Origin: Sphingobacteriales bacterium
Lineage (GTDB): Bacteria > Bacteroidota > Bacteroidia > Chitinophagales > LD1
DNA: 64,000 bases
Reading direction: 5' to 3'
Assembly (NCBI GenBank): GCA_018262795.1
Contig: JADFDM010000001.1
Location: 280,283 to 344,282, forward strand
Shown here: piece by piece, positions 20,341-33,003 of the stretch
How positions within the stretch are numbered: the first letter of the stretch is position 1
How the letters are laid out: the number at the start of each line of letters is the position of its first letter
The notes under the pieces: model-generated
What the model was told of the DNA's origin: nothing
Database searches by the model: none
The model's input: the letters and a program-made list of their open reading frames with translations, nothing else
Position numbers and translations under genes: made by a program

Positions 20341-20691
20341 TTAGTGGGTATGAACGAATTGCTGACGCTTTATTTTTTTTATGGCTGAATGATTAGGGGG
20401 GGTAGATTGTGCTTGATTGGTTTTAGTAGTTGAATTTCTATCCGGATGTTCACTGCCGGCTATGCTATCGGTAGCTACTAAATTTGATTTAAGCGGGGTG
20501 CTGCTTCTCTTACTTGGGTTCCCCACTATGACCGCAGTATCTCTACGCGCTAACTGATAGTTGGGAACCAGTCTGACTGTTGTCAGGCAGGGGTGGGTCT
20601 GTTTGGTTGCCACTACCGTTTTACAGCGAGATACGCTCTGAGCATTATCTGCCGGAAGTATTGAAAACAAAAAGAACAGAATCTTAAGCAT
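20341..20691 (-). CDS. Hypothetical 116-aa protein with hydrophobic N-terminus
   Basis: Fits the operon with gaps of about 10 bp on both sides. Low complexity, no recognisable domain. Confidence 0.5.
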   Translation of the reverse strand: MLKILFFLFSILPADNAQSVSRCKTVVATKQTHPCLTTVRLVPNYQLARRDTAVIVGNPSKRSSTPLKSNLVATDSIAGSEHPDRNSTTKTNQAQSTPPNHSAIKKIKRQQFVHTH

Positions 20692-20702
20692 GGATGGAAG
20701 TT

Positions 20703-21371
20703 TTAATAGAATGCGATATAGCTAATGGAAATTCCGCCTGTAATTCCGCTGCCGGTGCGATTAGTGAGCGAAATATTAAAAGAACCATTATCGGTTTGCA
20801 CATTGTTGATGGAGATTTTATCTGAGATAGGGTTACTGGTAGTAAAAGAAACGCTGATAGAGCTTTCTTCCCGGCAATCAGCATCAATAATGGTAAATAC
20901 TTGAGTGGTTCCGGTCGCCCAGGTGCCGGTCCAAGTAAGCCCCGCGTAGTACTTGGCAATAATGGTAGTGGCAGTTGGGTTTCCTATTGTAAAAGGACTC
21001 CAAGTAGCAGCAGCGTTTGCCCCTCCTGAAAGCAGAAATTGCCCGGATGTGCCGGCACTGCCACCCGGCATAAATGCTTGGCTTAATTTAAAGTTGCCAA
21101 CCACTTCTAATTTCTCGGAGGGAGCAGCGGTGCCTATCCCCATGTTGCCTAAGCTGTCCAGAATTGCCTTCTGCGTATTGTTCGTTCTAAAACGCAGCGA
21201 GGAGTTGTTAGCCGTGCCGATAAAGTTGCTGGTGCCGATTCCCGTATTGCCATTTGTACGCCAAAATGGAGAGGCAGGGTTCTGCGTTTCGTTTTGTGCG
21301 AACAAGTTGGCCGAGGCTAAAAAAAGCAGCAGAATAAGTATCTGCTGCTTGTGATTCAAATTTAGTGTCAT
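20703..21371 (-). CDS. Short secreted fibre/tip-like protein sharing the N-terminal module of the S74 proteins
   Basis: Signal peptide, NPASPFWRTNGNTG...NFIGTANNSSLRFRTNN...GNMGIGT, then a beta-rich C-terminal domain. Confidence 0.75.
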   Translation of the reverse strand: MTLNLNHKQQILILLLFLASANLFAQNETQNPASPFWRTNGNTGIGTSNFIGTANNSSLRFRTNNTQKAILDSLGNMGIGTAAPSEKLEVVGNFKLSQAFMPGGSAGTSGQFLLSGGANAAATWSPFTIGNPTATTIIAKYYAGLTWTGTWATGTTQVFTIIDADCREESSISVSFTTSNPISDKISINNVQTDNGSFNISLTNRTGSGITGGISISYIAFY

Positions 21372-21381
21372 GACAAAAATT

Positions 21382-24924
<3,543 letters not shown>

Positions 24925-25098
24925 GTAATCTAATGTAGTTAGTGCACAATTACGTATTGTACAAATTTATTTAACTAATTAAGAAAATGGGCAAATTTCC
25001 ATGCTTTTTTAAGGAGAGGGAATCGCTTGCCGTGTTCTTAAAATAAGAGATTATTATCGGAAGTGGATGGTTAACGATTTAATCTGCATTTTTGAGTT

Positions 25099-26223
25099 GT
25101 GTTGAAAAATTTTAAAGAGTCAATAGTGCGGAGAAGAATTTATTACATCTTCCTGAATACCGCGCTATGTATGGTTTGGCACAATAGCTACTCGCAATGT
25201 ATGGCTCCCTTTCAGGATGTCAATAACTATGTGTACCTTTTTGATGCCGGGCAATCTAATTACTTAGAGAATCTGCCACTGAAGTCATTTCAGGTGGGGA
25301 GGAACAACATTTTTGCTTATATCGGTGCCAATAATCGCTTGAAGGTATATTACAAGGGGAAGAAATATACGGTGAATGACAATGCCCCTAATTATTTCAT
25401 GACTGATAACTGGTTTCTTTATCAAAATTACAATCAAATCAAGCTCTTATATCGGAATCAGTTTATCACGTTGGAGAATTTTTTTACAGCAGGGGAGGAC
25501 TCGCTGTATTATTCAGACAGCTTGGTAGTGTGGACGAATGCGATGGGGGAAGTGAATGTGTTTTACAATGGAGAGACCAAAGTAATTGAGCGAACTGAAA
25601 TAAGAAGAGCAAAGATAGGCGACAACATTTTTGCCTATATGGACCGGAACAACAATTTCAAAGTTTTTTATCACGGAGAATTGCACACTTTGGAAACGTA
25701 TGAGCCTGCCAATTATCTTGCCGATAGAGATATTTTGGCTTACACGGATCAGTACGGTAATTTTAAATTCTACTACGAAGGAGAGGTGAAGGAAACCATG
25801 ATCAATGTGCCCAATGAGTATTGGTCGGGGGAAGATTTTCTGGCCTATATGTCTATTCTAAAACAATTGGTGGTGTACTACAAAGGCGAAGAAACTATCC
25901 TGATGGAAGACCGCCCCACTCAACTGCTGGTGAAGGAAAATATAATTGCATACACGGATCGAGGGAATAATTTCTGGTGCTGGTACAAGGGTAAAAAATA
26001 TTGGTTGGAGCGTTATATTCCGCTAAGTTTCACGGCCGATAATGATATTTTAGTTTATCAGGATTTAGATGGCCGTTTAAAGGCTTTTTACTATGGCGAG
26101 CAGGTGAAGGTCAGCGATCAGATTGTAAAGAGCTATAACCTCTACAATGAGGCCGTTACTTATTCTTTGCAACCCTATGAAACAAAGATTTGGTGCAATA
26201 AGCAAACCTATACATTTAGGTAA
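25099..26223 (+). CDS. Secreted protein of about ten ~35-aa beta repeats (probable beta-propeller); start uncertain (GTG 25099 or 25126)
   Basis: Repeat consensus (I/L)-x-A-Y-x-D-x-x-x-x-(F/L)-K-x-(F/Y)-Y-x-G-(E/K), e.g. IFAYMDRNNNFKVFYHGE, ILAYTDQYGNFKFYYEGE and IIAYTDRGNNFWCWYKGK. Confidence 0.75.
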   Translation: MLKNFKESIVRRRIYYIFLNTALCMVWHNSYSQCMAPFQDVNNYVYLFDAGQSNYLENLPLKSFQVGRNNIFAYIGANNRLKVYYKGKKYTVNDNAPNYFMTDNWFLYQNYNQIKLLYRNQFITLENFFTAGEDSLYYSDSLVVWTNAMGEVNVFYNGETKVIERTEIRRAKIGDNIFAYMDRNNNFKVFYHGELHTLETYEPANYLADRDILAYTDQYGNFKFYYEGEVKETMINVPNEYWSGEDFLAYMSILKQLVVYYKGEETILMEDRPTQLLVKENIIAYTDRGNNFWCWYKGKKYWLERYIPLSFTADNDILVYQDLDGRLKAFYYGEQVKVSDQIVKSYNLYNEAVTYSLQPYETKIWCNKQTYTFR

Positions 26224-26305
26224 GCAGGATGAAGAAATCCTTATTCAGCAGCACGATATTCTTCCCAAAATTTAATTTCAATTTCTAACAAAAAGCAACA
26301 GGAAC

Positions 26306-26986
26306 TCAAGTTTGTGCGCTTGCTTGTGCCTTCTTTGCCCAGGCAACTAAGTTGAGGTCTTTTAATAGCAAGTCAAAGTAGGCTTTGATAAGAATGAAAA
26401 TGATAAGGATAGGCCATCCGCTTCCGGTAATTTGGAAAACGAAGGCTCCAAGAATCACCACAAATTGCTGAACGAAAATTCTGGGGTAAGGTTCAAACAT
26501 CTGCTCCCCCATGGAGCGTTGAGTATAAGCCCCATTCATGATAAAGCCGTTGACGAACTGTAGGCTGCTGTTGATGGTAAAAACAGCGAGCGCTATGTTG
26601 GTGCTTTCTACGGTCATAAATTGAACGATGTTGCGGAAGAGGGAGGTAATGCCAAAAGAAGAGCCGAAATTGAGGATCGAGAAAAAGATGGATAACTGCA
26701 CGAAAACAAAGAAGAAATAATGGAACAGAAAGAAAGGGATAATCCACCATCCTTTTACTCCTGTTTCATCTGGTTGGGGAGGTAGTCCATAGTAGTGAAC
26801 TACCAGTAGTTTAATGGCGTTGAAGATGCCTAACACGATGGTCTCTAACGCATAGCAGATGAAAACGCTGACGGGTTCCCAGCCGAGAAACAATACTCCC
26901 GCCAAGGGGGTTAAATTCCAAAGTATTATTGGAAGTGAACTTTTATCGAAGCGGGGTTTTAAACGGATAGGCGGAGGGGATGTCAT
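26306..26986 (-). CDS. DUF6498-like membrane protein
   Basis: NLTPLAGVLFLGW, FFLFHYFFF and PYPRIFVQQFVVILG; multiple TM helices. Confidence 0.75.
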   Translation of the reverse strand: MTSPPPIRLKPRFDKSSLPIILWNLTPLAGVLFLGWEPVSVFICYALETIVLGIFNAIKLLVVHYYGLPPQPDETGVKGWWIIPFFLFHYFFFVFVQLSIFFSILNFGSSFGITSLFRNIVQFMTVESTNIALAVFTINSSLQFVNGFIMNGAYTQRSMGEQMFEPYPRIFVQQFVVILGAFVFQITGSGWPILIIFILIKAYFDLLLKDLNLVAWAKKAQASAQT

Positions 26987-27070
26987 CGGTAGCGTTTAAT
27001 TGAGTTCTTTATAGCTAAGGTGCAGTTATTTACTCGAAAATTACAAGATAGAAGCGAGAGACAAAAAGCT

Positions 27071-27108
27071 AAAAAAAAGTTCTGAAAAAAGGAACCTGTT
27101 TTCAGGAC
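27071..27108 (-). terminator. Probable intrinsic terminator of the nfeD-floA-ACBP operon
   Basis: Stem ctgaaaa/ttttcag, followed on the minus strand by T8. Confidence 0.55.
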
Positions 27109-27145
27109 ACAAACAAGGAATCAGTAACTGGTAATCGTTCAATTC

Positions 27146-27415
27146 TTAACTATGGTTGTACTTACTTAGCAGCGTATCTACCAAAAGCACATACTCGCGC
27201 ATTGCATCTTCGGCAGTCATACCTTGCTTGCTGTTCCACTGATTCCATTTGAATTTCTCCTTCACATCAAACAAGCCGGGTTCGTTAGTATTGTTATCGC
27301 CTTCGGTCGCCTGTTTATAAAGAGCGTATAAGTCTAAGAGTTCCTGATTGCCGGGTCTTTCGGTCAGCGACTTTATCTTTTCCTGCGCAGCTATAAATTG
27401 TTCCTGGTAACCCAT
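27146..27415 (-). CDS. Acyl-CoA-binding protein (ACBP)
   Basis: LDLYALYKQATEGD, PGLFD, KWNQW and AMREYV; 89 aa. Confidence 0.92.
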   Translation of the reverse strand: MGYQEQFIAAQEKIKSLTERPGNQELLDLYALYKQATEGDNNTNEPGLFDVKEKFKWNQWNSKQGMTAEDAMREYVLLVDTLLSKYNHS

Positions 27416-27418
27416 GAT

Positions 27419-28390
27419 CTATTTTTGACTGTCGTTGGGTCCTTTAGCAATATTATCCCGCATAGAAGTATCGGCTTGGATATTCTGTATTTTGTAATAA
27501 TCCATTACGCCAAGGTTCCCGCTTCTGAAGGCTTCTGCCATCGCCATTGGAATTTGCGCTTCGGCTTCAATTACCTTGGCGCGGGCTTCTTGTGCCTTCG
27601 CTTTCATTTCTTGCTCTAAGGCAATCGCCATGGCTCTTCTCTCCTCTGCTTTCGCTTGTGCAATATTTTTATCGGCATTGGCTTGATCCATTTGTAGCGC
27701 AGCACCAATGTTTCTTCCAATATCAATATCAGCAATATCAATAGAAAGAATTTCAAAGGCAGTGCCGGCATCCAATCCTTTATTGAGCACTACTTTCGAA
27801 ATAGAGTCTGGGTTTTCCATCACGGCCTTATGGCTCGAAGCCGAGCCGATAGAAGTGACAATGCCCTCACCTACACGAGCCAACACGGTTTCTTCGCCTG
27901 CGCCCCCCACCAACTGTTTGATGTTGGCGCGAACCGTTACGCGAGCTTTTGTGATTAACTGAATACCGTCTTTTGCCACAGCCGTAACCGGTGGTGACTC
28001 GATCACGCGCGGCTGAACGCTCATTTGCACGGCTTCAAACACATTGCGCCCTGCCAGATCAATGGCGGTAGCGGCTTTGAAATCTAATTCAATGTTTGCC
28101 TTATCAGCGCTGATGAGGGCCCGTACCACGCGATCTACATTTCCGCCTGCCAAAAAGTGTGCTTCGAGCATGTCTCTCTCTAAAGGAATACCCGACTTGT
28201 GAGCCATCACCATAGCGTTTACAATGGTGGAAGGCGGCACCCTTCGAAAGCGCATAAACAACAACTGCACTAAGCTGATGTTTACATTGGCAAATTTGGC
28301 CGAGAGCCACAAAGGAATAGGCAACAGCCAAAAGAGAATAAGTATGACAAAGACAATGATGCCTGCCAGAAAAAATACCGGTAATTCCAT
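27419..28390 (-). CDS. floA: Flotillin-like protein FloA (YqfA family)
   Basis: [55 protein letters not shown] and DQANADK motifs. Confidence 0.95.
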   Translation of the reverse strand: MELPVFFLAGIIVFVILILFWLLPIPLWLSAKFANVNISLVQLLFMRFRRVPPSTIVNAMVMAHKSGIPLERDMLEAHFLAGGNVDRVVRALISADKANIELDFKAATAIDLAGRNVFEAVQMSVQPRVIESPPVTAVAKDGIQLITKARVTVRANIKQLVGGAGEETVLARVGEGIVTSIGSASSHKAVMENPDSISKVVLNKGLDAGTAFEILSIDIADIDIGRNIGAALQMDQANADKNIAQAKAEERRAMAIALEQEMKAKAQEARAKVIEAEAQIPMAMAEAFRSGNLGVMDYYKIQNIQADTSMRDNIAKGPNDSQK

Positions 28391-28393
28391 CGT

Positions 28394-28864
28394 TTATGAT
28401 TTAAGTGGTTTTACAAAAATTTTATCGCGGGTAATCTTAATTATCTCCACGATTGTTTCGCGTTGTATGTATTCTCCATTGCTATATACATCCGATTTCT
28501 GACCATTGATCATCGCTTTGCCATTGGGTCGAAGTTCTGTCATAGTGGTACCTGTATCGCCTACATGAAAGGCATTGGATTCCAACTCGTTTACCTTGCC
28601 TGTAATCTCTGCCTTCATAGATAGTTTATTGGATTCAATCACTCGGAAGCCTAAAGCTATAGAGATAATTACGGCTACAAAGGAAATGCCCAGCGTAATA
28701 TTGCCATAGCGACTTCCGTAGTCGGCATACATCATTATAATGCCGGCAATTAACGCGACCCCTCCGGCAACACCAAATAAGGTAGTGCCGGGAATAAAGA
28801 AAATTTCTAGAAAAATAAGTAGTAGTCCCAGTATAATGACCGCTACAATAAACCCAAATGCCAT
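28394..28864 (-). CDS. Short NfeD-family protein
   Basis: LIFLEIFFIPG TM segments and C-terminal OB-fold G.T.TELRPNGKA..NG...DV...GEYI; directly upstream of floA. Confidence 0.88.
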   Translation of the reverse strand: MAFGFIVAVIILGLLLIFLEIFFIPGTTLFGVAGGVALIAGIIMMYADYGSRYGNITLGISFVAVIISIALGFRVIESNKLSMKAEITGKVNELESNAFHVGDTGTTMTELRPNGKAMINGQKSDVYSNGEYIQRETIVEIIKITRDKIFVKPLKS

Positions 28865-28908
28865 GCGGCTAAGATAGAAGAATAGAAATAGGGAAGGGAA
28901 TTAATTCA

Positions 28909-29310
28909 TTAGTCTTTTTCTCCTACCTCACCTTGATCGGTTTTAATGAAAAAGAGTTGAAGATGGTTTTTCTCGCTCACTGATTCTATGTTCAAAACAG
29001 CGGTGTCTAACTTGACAATTTTATAGACTGTTTCGGGTTTTTGTTCATTGGTAACAGACTTCATCGAAAGTTGATCGCCCTTTAGCTGATAGCGACCTTT
29101 TTCTTTTGCGCCCGCCACCATTACCAGGTAACCGCCTTGTTCGTTAAACTCCCAAAACCATTCGCCTAATGAGTTGCCGCTTAATTGAGTGTCGTTCATT
29201 TCCATCACATCTAATTTCCAAACACCTTCTAATTGCTTCTTCTTTGAATGGCAACTATTGATAAGCATTGCTAAAATGGCAACGGCAAGTATCGCGGTGT
29301 ATTTTCTCAT
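28909..29310 (-). CDS. Lipocalin-like-domain lipoprotein
   Basis: Lipobox LINSC, LEGVWKL and G.Y.L.GD.L pattern. Confidence 0.7.
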   Translation of the reverse strand: MRKYTAILAVAILAMLINSCHSKKKQLEGVWKLDVMEMNDTQLSGNSLGEWFWEFNEQGGYLVMVAGAKEKGRYQLKGDQLSMKSVTNEQKPETVYKIVKLDTAVLNIESVSEKNHLQLFFIKTDQGEVGEKD

Positions 29311-29723
29311 GGTTTGTTTTTATCAGGAATCATTGTAAATATCACTTTTTCTCCGGCTTCTTCGGCTTCAAAAGTAAATTTAGAGTCGCTCAGTTCTTTT
29401 ACATGAAACTGTTTTACGGTGCTATCATGAGCGGTAGCGGTAAGGGAAGACGAATTCCAATTCAATTTCCACTTCCCTTCCAACTTCTGATCTTTCAACA
29501 CTGTGTAGTAAGTTCCATCGGCATTGTAAGTGATGGAGAAAGCTGTTTTCATTTCATTGACCCAATCCTCTACACGGGGCTTCATCTGCTCGGGCACTTC
29601 CGTGGTGTATTTCAAATCTTCAATTCGCCATGTTTTGCAAAGCTGTGCCGACTTATTGTTGTTACAGGCACTTAACAGTAACACGCCCAATAGAATAAAG
29701 GAGATTCGCTTTAAATGATACAT
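29307..29723 (-). CDS. Lipocalin-like-domain lipoprotein
   Basis: ATG at 29723, lipobox LLSAC, LCKTWRI, YNADGTY and GKWKL; ATGA overlap with the next gene. Confidence 0.7.
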   Translation of the reverse strand: MYHLKRISFILLGVLLLSACNNNKSAQLCKTWRIEDLKYTTEVPEQMKPRVEDWVNEMKTAFSITYNADGTYYTVLKDQKLEGKWKLNWNSSSLTATAHDSTVKQFHVKELSDSKFTFEAEEAGEKVIFTMIPDKNKP

Positions 29724-29779
29724 TTGAAAATGTTTGAGCGCTAAAATAGAAGCAAGTGCATCAAATACAAACCTAAGCA

Positions 29780-30250
29780 ATGAAGATTACCCTGTTAACT
29801 GTTGGTAAAACTACCTCGGCAGAAGTAAAGAGCATTTGTAGCGATTACGAAAATCGTTTAAAACGCTACCTCAAATTTGAATCAGTAGTGATTGATAATG
29901 TCAGCATTCGTTTTAATGACGCTTTGAAGATTAAACAGAAAGAAGGAGACTTGATTCTGAAAAAGATAAGCAATAGTGACTATGTGGTATTGCTGGATGA
30001 ACGAGGGAAAGAATACACCTCGCAACAGTTTGCATCTTGGGTGGGAGGGCTACAGAATCAATCGCTCAAAAATATCTGCTTTGTAGTGGGAGGGGCTTAT
30101 GGTTTTAGTGAAGAAGTATATCAAAGAGCGAATGCTAAAGTCAGCTTGTCAAAGATGACTTGCAATCATCAACTCATACGCGCAGTGTTTTGCGAGCAAA
30201 TGTATCGGGCGTTTACTATTTTGAACAACGAACCTTATCATCACGATTAA
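29780..30250 (+). CDS. rlmH: 23S rRNA (pseudouridine1915-N3)-methyltransferase
   Basis: VLLDERGK, FVVGGAYG, SLSKMTCNH, EQMYRAFTI and PYHH motifs. Confidence 0.95.
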   Translation: MKITLLTVGKTTSAEVKSICSDYENRLKRYLKFESVVIDNVSIRFNDALKIKQKEGDLILKKISNSDYVVLLDERGKEYTSQQFASWVGGLQNQSLKNICFVVGGAYGFSEEVYQRANAKVSLSKMTCNHQLIRAVFCEQMYRAFTILNNEPYHHD

Positions 30251-30273
30251 TAATTTAGCGACTTCTACTGCCC

Positions 30274-30888
30274 ATGAATATTACCATCATCATCATTCTT
30301 GTTACCTGTGTTATTTCTTTTGCGGCTTTCAACAACCGGCAGTGGATTGATCACCTTATCTTTTGGCCGTACCGAGTGTGGCACAACAACGAATGGCATC
30401 GCTTGGTGTCCTGCGGGTTTATTCATGCCGACATTGGGCACTTGTTCTTCAACATGTTTGCCCTGTTTAGTTTTGGTGCTTATATCGAAGCCTCCTTCAA
30501 CAATGTGTTTGAAGGAAAGGGACTTGTGCTGTATGTGGTGATGTATTTCGGAGCGGTGGCCACTGCCGATATTTTTAATTTGTTCAGCAAACGCAATGAT
30601 GTTTCGTATAAAAGTCTTGGTGCCAGCGGAGGAGTAGCAGCCGTTATCTTCTCGTACATTTTGCTCCATCCTTATGGCGGCATCAGTTTATTCTTTTTGC
30701 CCGGCATTCCGGCCTATATTTTCGGCCCTTTGTTTCTTCTTTATTGCGGCTACATGGCAAAGCGCGGAGGCGATAATATTGCACACATGGCGCACTTGAC
30801 CGGCTCTGTTTTCGGGTTTGTATTTCCAATTTTGTTTGAGCCGCGCTTGCTCACTCGCTTCATCGGCTTGCTCACTCACTCTAATTAA
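30274..30888 (+). CDS. Rhomboid family intramembrane serine protease
   Basis: WHR, FIHADIGHLFFNM, GASG (Ser) and AHLTG (His) motifs. Confidence 0.92.
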   Translation: MNITIIIILVTCVISFAAFNNRQWIDHLIFWPYRVWHNNEWHRLVSCGFIHADIGHLFFNMFALFSFGAYIEASFNNVFEGKGLVLYVVMYFGAVATADIFNLFSKRNDVSYKSLGASGGVAAVIFSYILLHPYGGISLFFLPGIPAYIFGPLFLLYCGYMAKRGGDNIAHMAHLTGSVFGFVFPILFEPRLLTRFIGLLTHSN

Positions 30889-30900
30889 AAAAATAATCTC

Positions 30901-31914
30901 ATGCTAATTGATTTGCGAAGTGACACGGTTACCAAACCTTCCAAAGCGATGTTGGAAGCCATGATGATGGCTCCGGTAGGGGATGATGTATTTGGGGAAG
31001 ATCCCACCGTTCATGCGTTGGAAGAAAAGACCGCTGCCATGTTTGGTATGCCGGCCGGATTATTTTGTCCCAGCGGCACCATGACTAACCAAATTGCTGT
31101 AAAGGCACACACCCAACCTTTAGATGAACTTATTTGCGATAAAATTTGCCATATCTATAATTATGAAGCTGGTGGTTGGGCTTTTCATAGCGGCATTTCT
31201 ATACGGCTAACGGAGGGCGAGCGCGGGAAAATGACTGTGCCGCAAATTGAAGAATTGATATTGCCCGATTTTGACTGGCTTCCCAACACGCGAATGGTAG
31301 CCCTTGAAAATACGGTAAACAAAGGAGGCGGAAGTGTGTACACCATAGCTGAAATGCGAGCCATTTCTGATTTTTGTCGCGAACGGAAATTGCTTATTCA
31401 TTTGGATGGTGCGCGCATCTTTAATGCACTGACGGCTCTCGGTAAAAGGCCAACAGACATGCATGGAATGTTCGACAGTATTTCGGTTTGTATCAGCAAA
31501 GGATTAGGCGCTCCGGTGGGCAGTGTGTTGTTGGGGGGTAAAGACTTTATAAAGAAATCGAGGAAGATTCGCAAAGTGATGGGTGGGGGAATGAGGCAAA
31601 GTGGCTTGTTAGCTGCGGCCTGTATTTATGCGCTGGATAATAACATTCAATACTTGAAGGCTGATCATCAAAAGGCAAAGCAGTTAGCAAAGGCATTAGA
31701 AACTTGCCAATGGGTAAAGAGAGTGTTGCCGGTGGAAACCAATATTGTGATTTTTGAAGTAGGAGATTCTGCCAAAATCTCTTTGGCTTTAGCTGAAAAG
31801 GGAATCAGAACCTCTCCCTTTTCACCCACGCTGGTGCGGATGGTTACCCATTTAGACATCAGTGACGAAATGGTCGGCAACACCATAGCGGTATTGAATA
31901 ATTTTACGGCCTGA
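30901..31914 (+). CDS. ltaE: Low-specificity L-threonine aldolase
   Basis: DLRSDTVT, VGDDVFGEDP, SGTMTNQ, HLDGARIFNA and SKGLGAPVGS (PLP Lys) motifs. Confidence 0.95.
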   Translation: MLIDLRSDTVTKPSKAMLEAMMMAPVGDDVFGEDPTVHALEEKTAAMFGMPAGLFCPSGTMTNQIAVKAHTQPLDELICDKICHIYNYEAGGWAFHSGISIRLTEGERGKMTVPQIEELILPDFDWLPNTRMVALENTVNKGGGSVYTIAEMRAISDFCRERKLLIHLDGARIFNALTALGKRPTDMHGMFDSISVCISKGLGAPVGSVLLGGKDFIKKSRKIRKVMGGGMRQSGLLAAACIYALDNNIQYLKADHQKAKQLAKALETCQWVKRVLPVETNIVIFEVGDSAKISLALAEKGIRTSPFSPTLVRMVTHLDISDEMVGNTIAVLNNFTA

Positions 31915-32948
31915 TGTTGAAAGCTCACTACCGTCCCTATCAATTGAATTTCCGCCAGCCGGTACTCACTTCACGTGGAGCGATGAGTGTAAAAAACGGC
32001 TACTATCTATTGGTAACGGATGGTGAGAGAACAGGAGTGGGGGAGTGTAGTTTTATTGAAGGATTGAGTGTAGATGATTTGGCTACTTATGACATCGCAT
32101 TGCAAAAACTTTGCGCTGCTATTGAAACAAATCGGCTGTCACAGTTGCCCGATTTTGATTCGTATCCTTCTTTGTTGTTTGCTTATCAATGTGCGATGCT
32201 TGATTTGAAAAATGGCGGCAACAAAATCTTTTTTAAAAGTGAATTTACGAGAGGCAATGCCACTATTCCGATTAACGGTTTAGTGTGGATGGGCGGTAAG
32301 GATTTTATGTTGCAACAAATTGCTCAAAAGTTAAAAGATGGATTTTCGTGCATCAAAATAAAAGTGGGAGCCATTGATTTTGAGGAGGAAGTTTCGTTGC
32401 TGAATTATATCCGCGAACAGTATCCCGCTGAGAAGATTGAAATCCGCTTAGATGCCAACGGAGCGTTTACCCAACAGGATGTATTTCAGAAATTAGAAGC
32501 ACTGGCGCAGTATCATATCCACTCCATGGAGCAACCCATCCGAGCGGGACAAAGAGCGTTGATGAAAGAGGTTTGTGCTTCTTCCCCAATACCTATTGCC
32601 TTCGATGAAGAGCTAATAGGTATCAATCATCCAGAAGAAGGCTCGGAGCTATTAGAAATAACAAAACCGCAGTACATTATTCTGAAGCCCTCTTTGCTGG
32701 GAGGATTTGGTAGATGCGAGGAATGGATAACACAAGCCGTGCATAATAATATCGCTTGGTGGGCCACCAGTGCCTTGGAATCAAACATCGGGCTGAATGC
32801 TATTGCGCAATGGGTATTTGCTAAACATACTTCGATGGTGCAGGGCTTGGGTACCGGCTCACTTTATACCAATAATGTAGATTCTCCCCTCACTATTGCG
32901 CAAGGCAGTCTCCAATATAATACGGAGAAACATTGGGGACATCTGTAA
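31914..32948 (+). CDS. menC: o-Succinylbenzoate synthase
   Basis: Enolase-superfamily KIKVG, RLDANG, EQP, FDEE, ILKPSLLGG and SALESNIGL motifs. Confidence 0.88.
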   Translation: MLKAHYRPYQLNFRQPVLTSRGAMSVKNGYYLLVTDGERTGVGECSFIEGLSVDDLATYDIALQKLCAAIETNRLSQLPDFDSYPSLLFAYQCAMLDLKNGGNKIFFKSEFTRGNATIPINGLVWMGGKDFMLQQIAQKLKDGFSCIKIKVGAIDFEEEVSLLNYIREQYPAEKIEIRLDANGAFTQQDVFQKLEALAQYHIHSMEQPIRAGQRALMKEVCASSPIPIAFDEELIGINHPEEGSELLEITKPQYIILKPSLLGGFGRCEEWITQAVHNNIAWWATSALESNIGLNAIAQWVFAKHTSMVQGLGTGSLYTNNVDSPLTIAQGSLQYNTEKHWGHL

Positions 32949-32952
32949 AACA

Positions 32953-32982
32953 AAACAGGCCGCGTTCCATCGCAGCCTGTTT
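32953..32982. terminator. Probable bidirectional terminator between convergent menC and PPIase genes
   Basis: Stem aaacaggc/gcctgttt. Confidence 0.55.
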
Positions 32983-33003
32983 CTAATGATACAGTAGGTT
33001 CTC

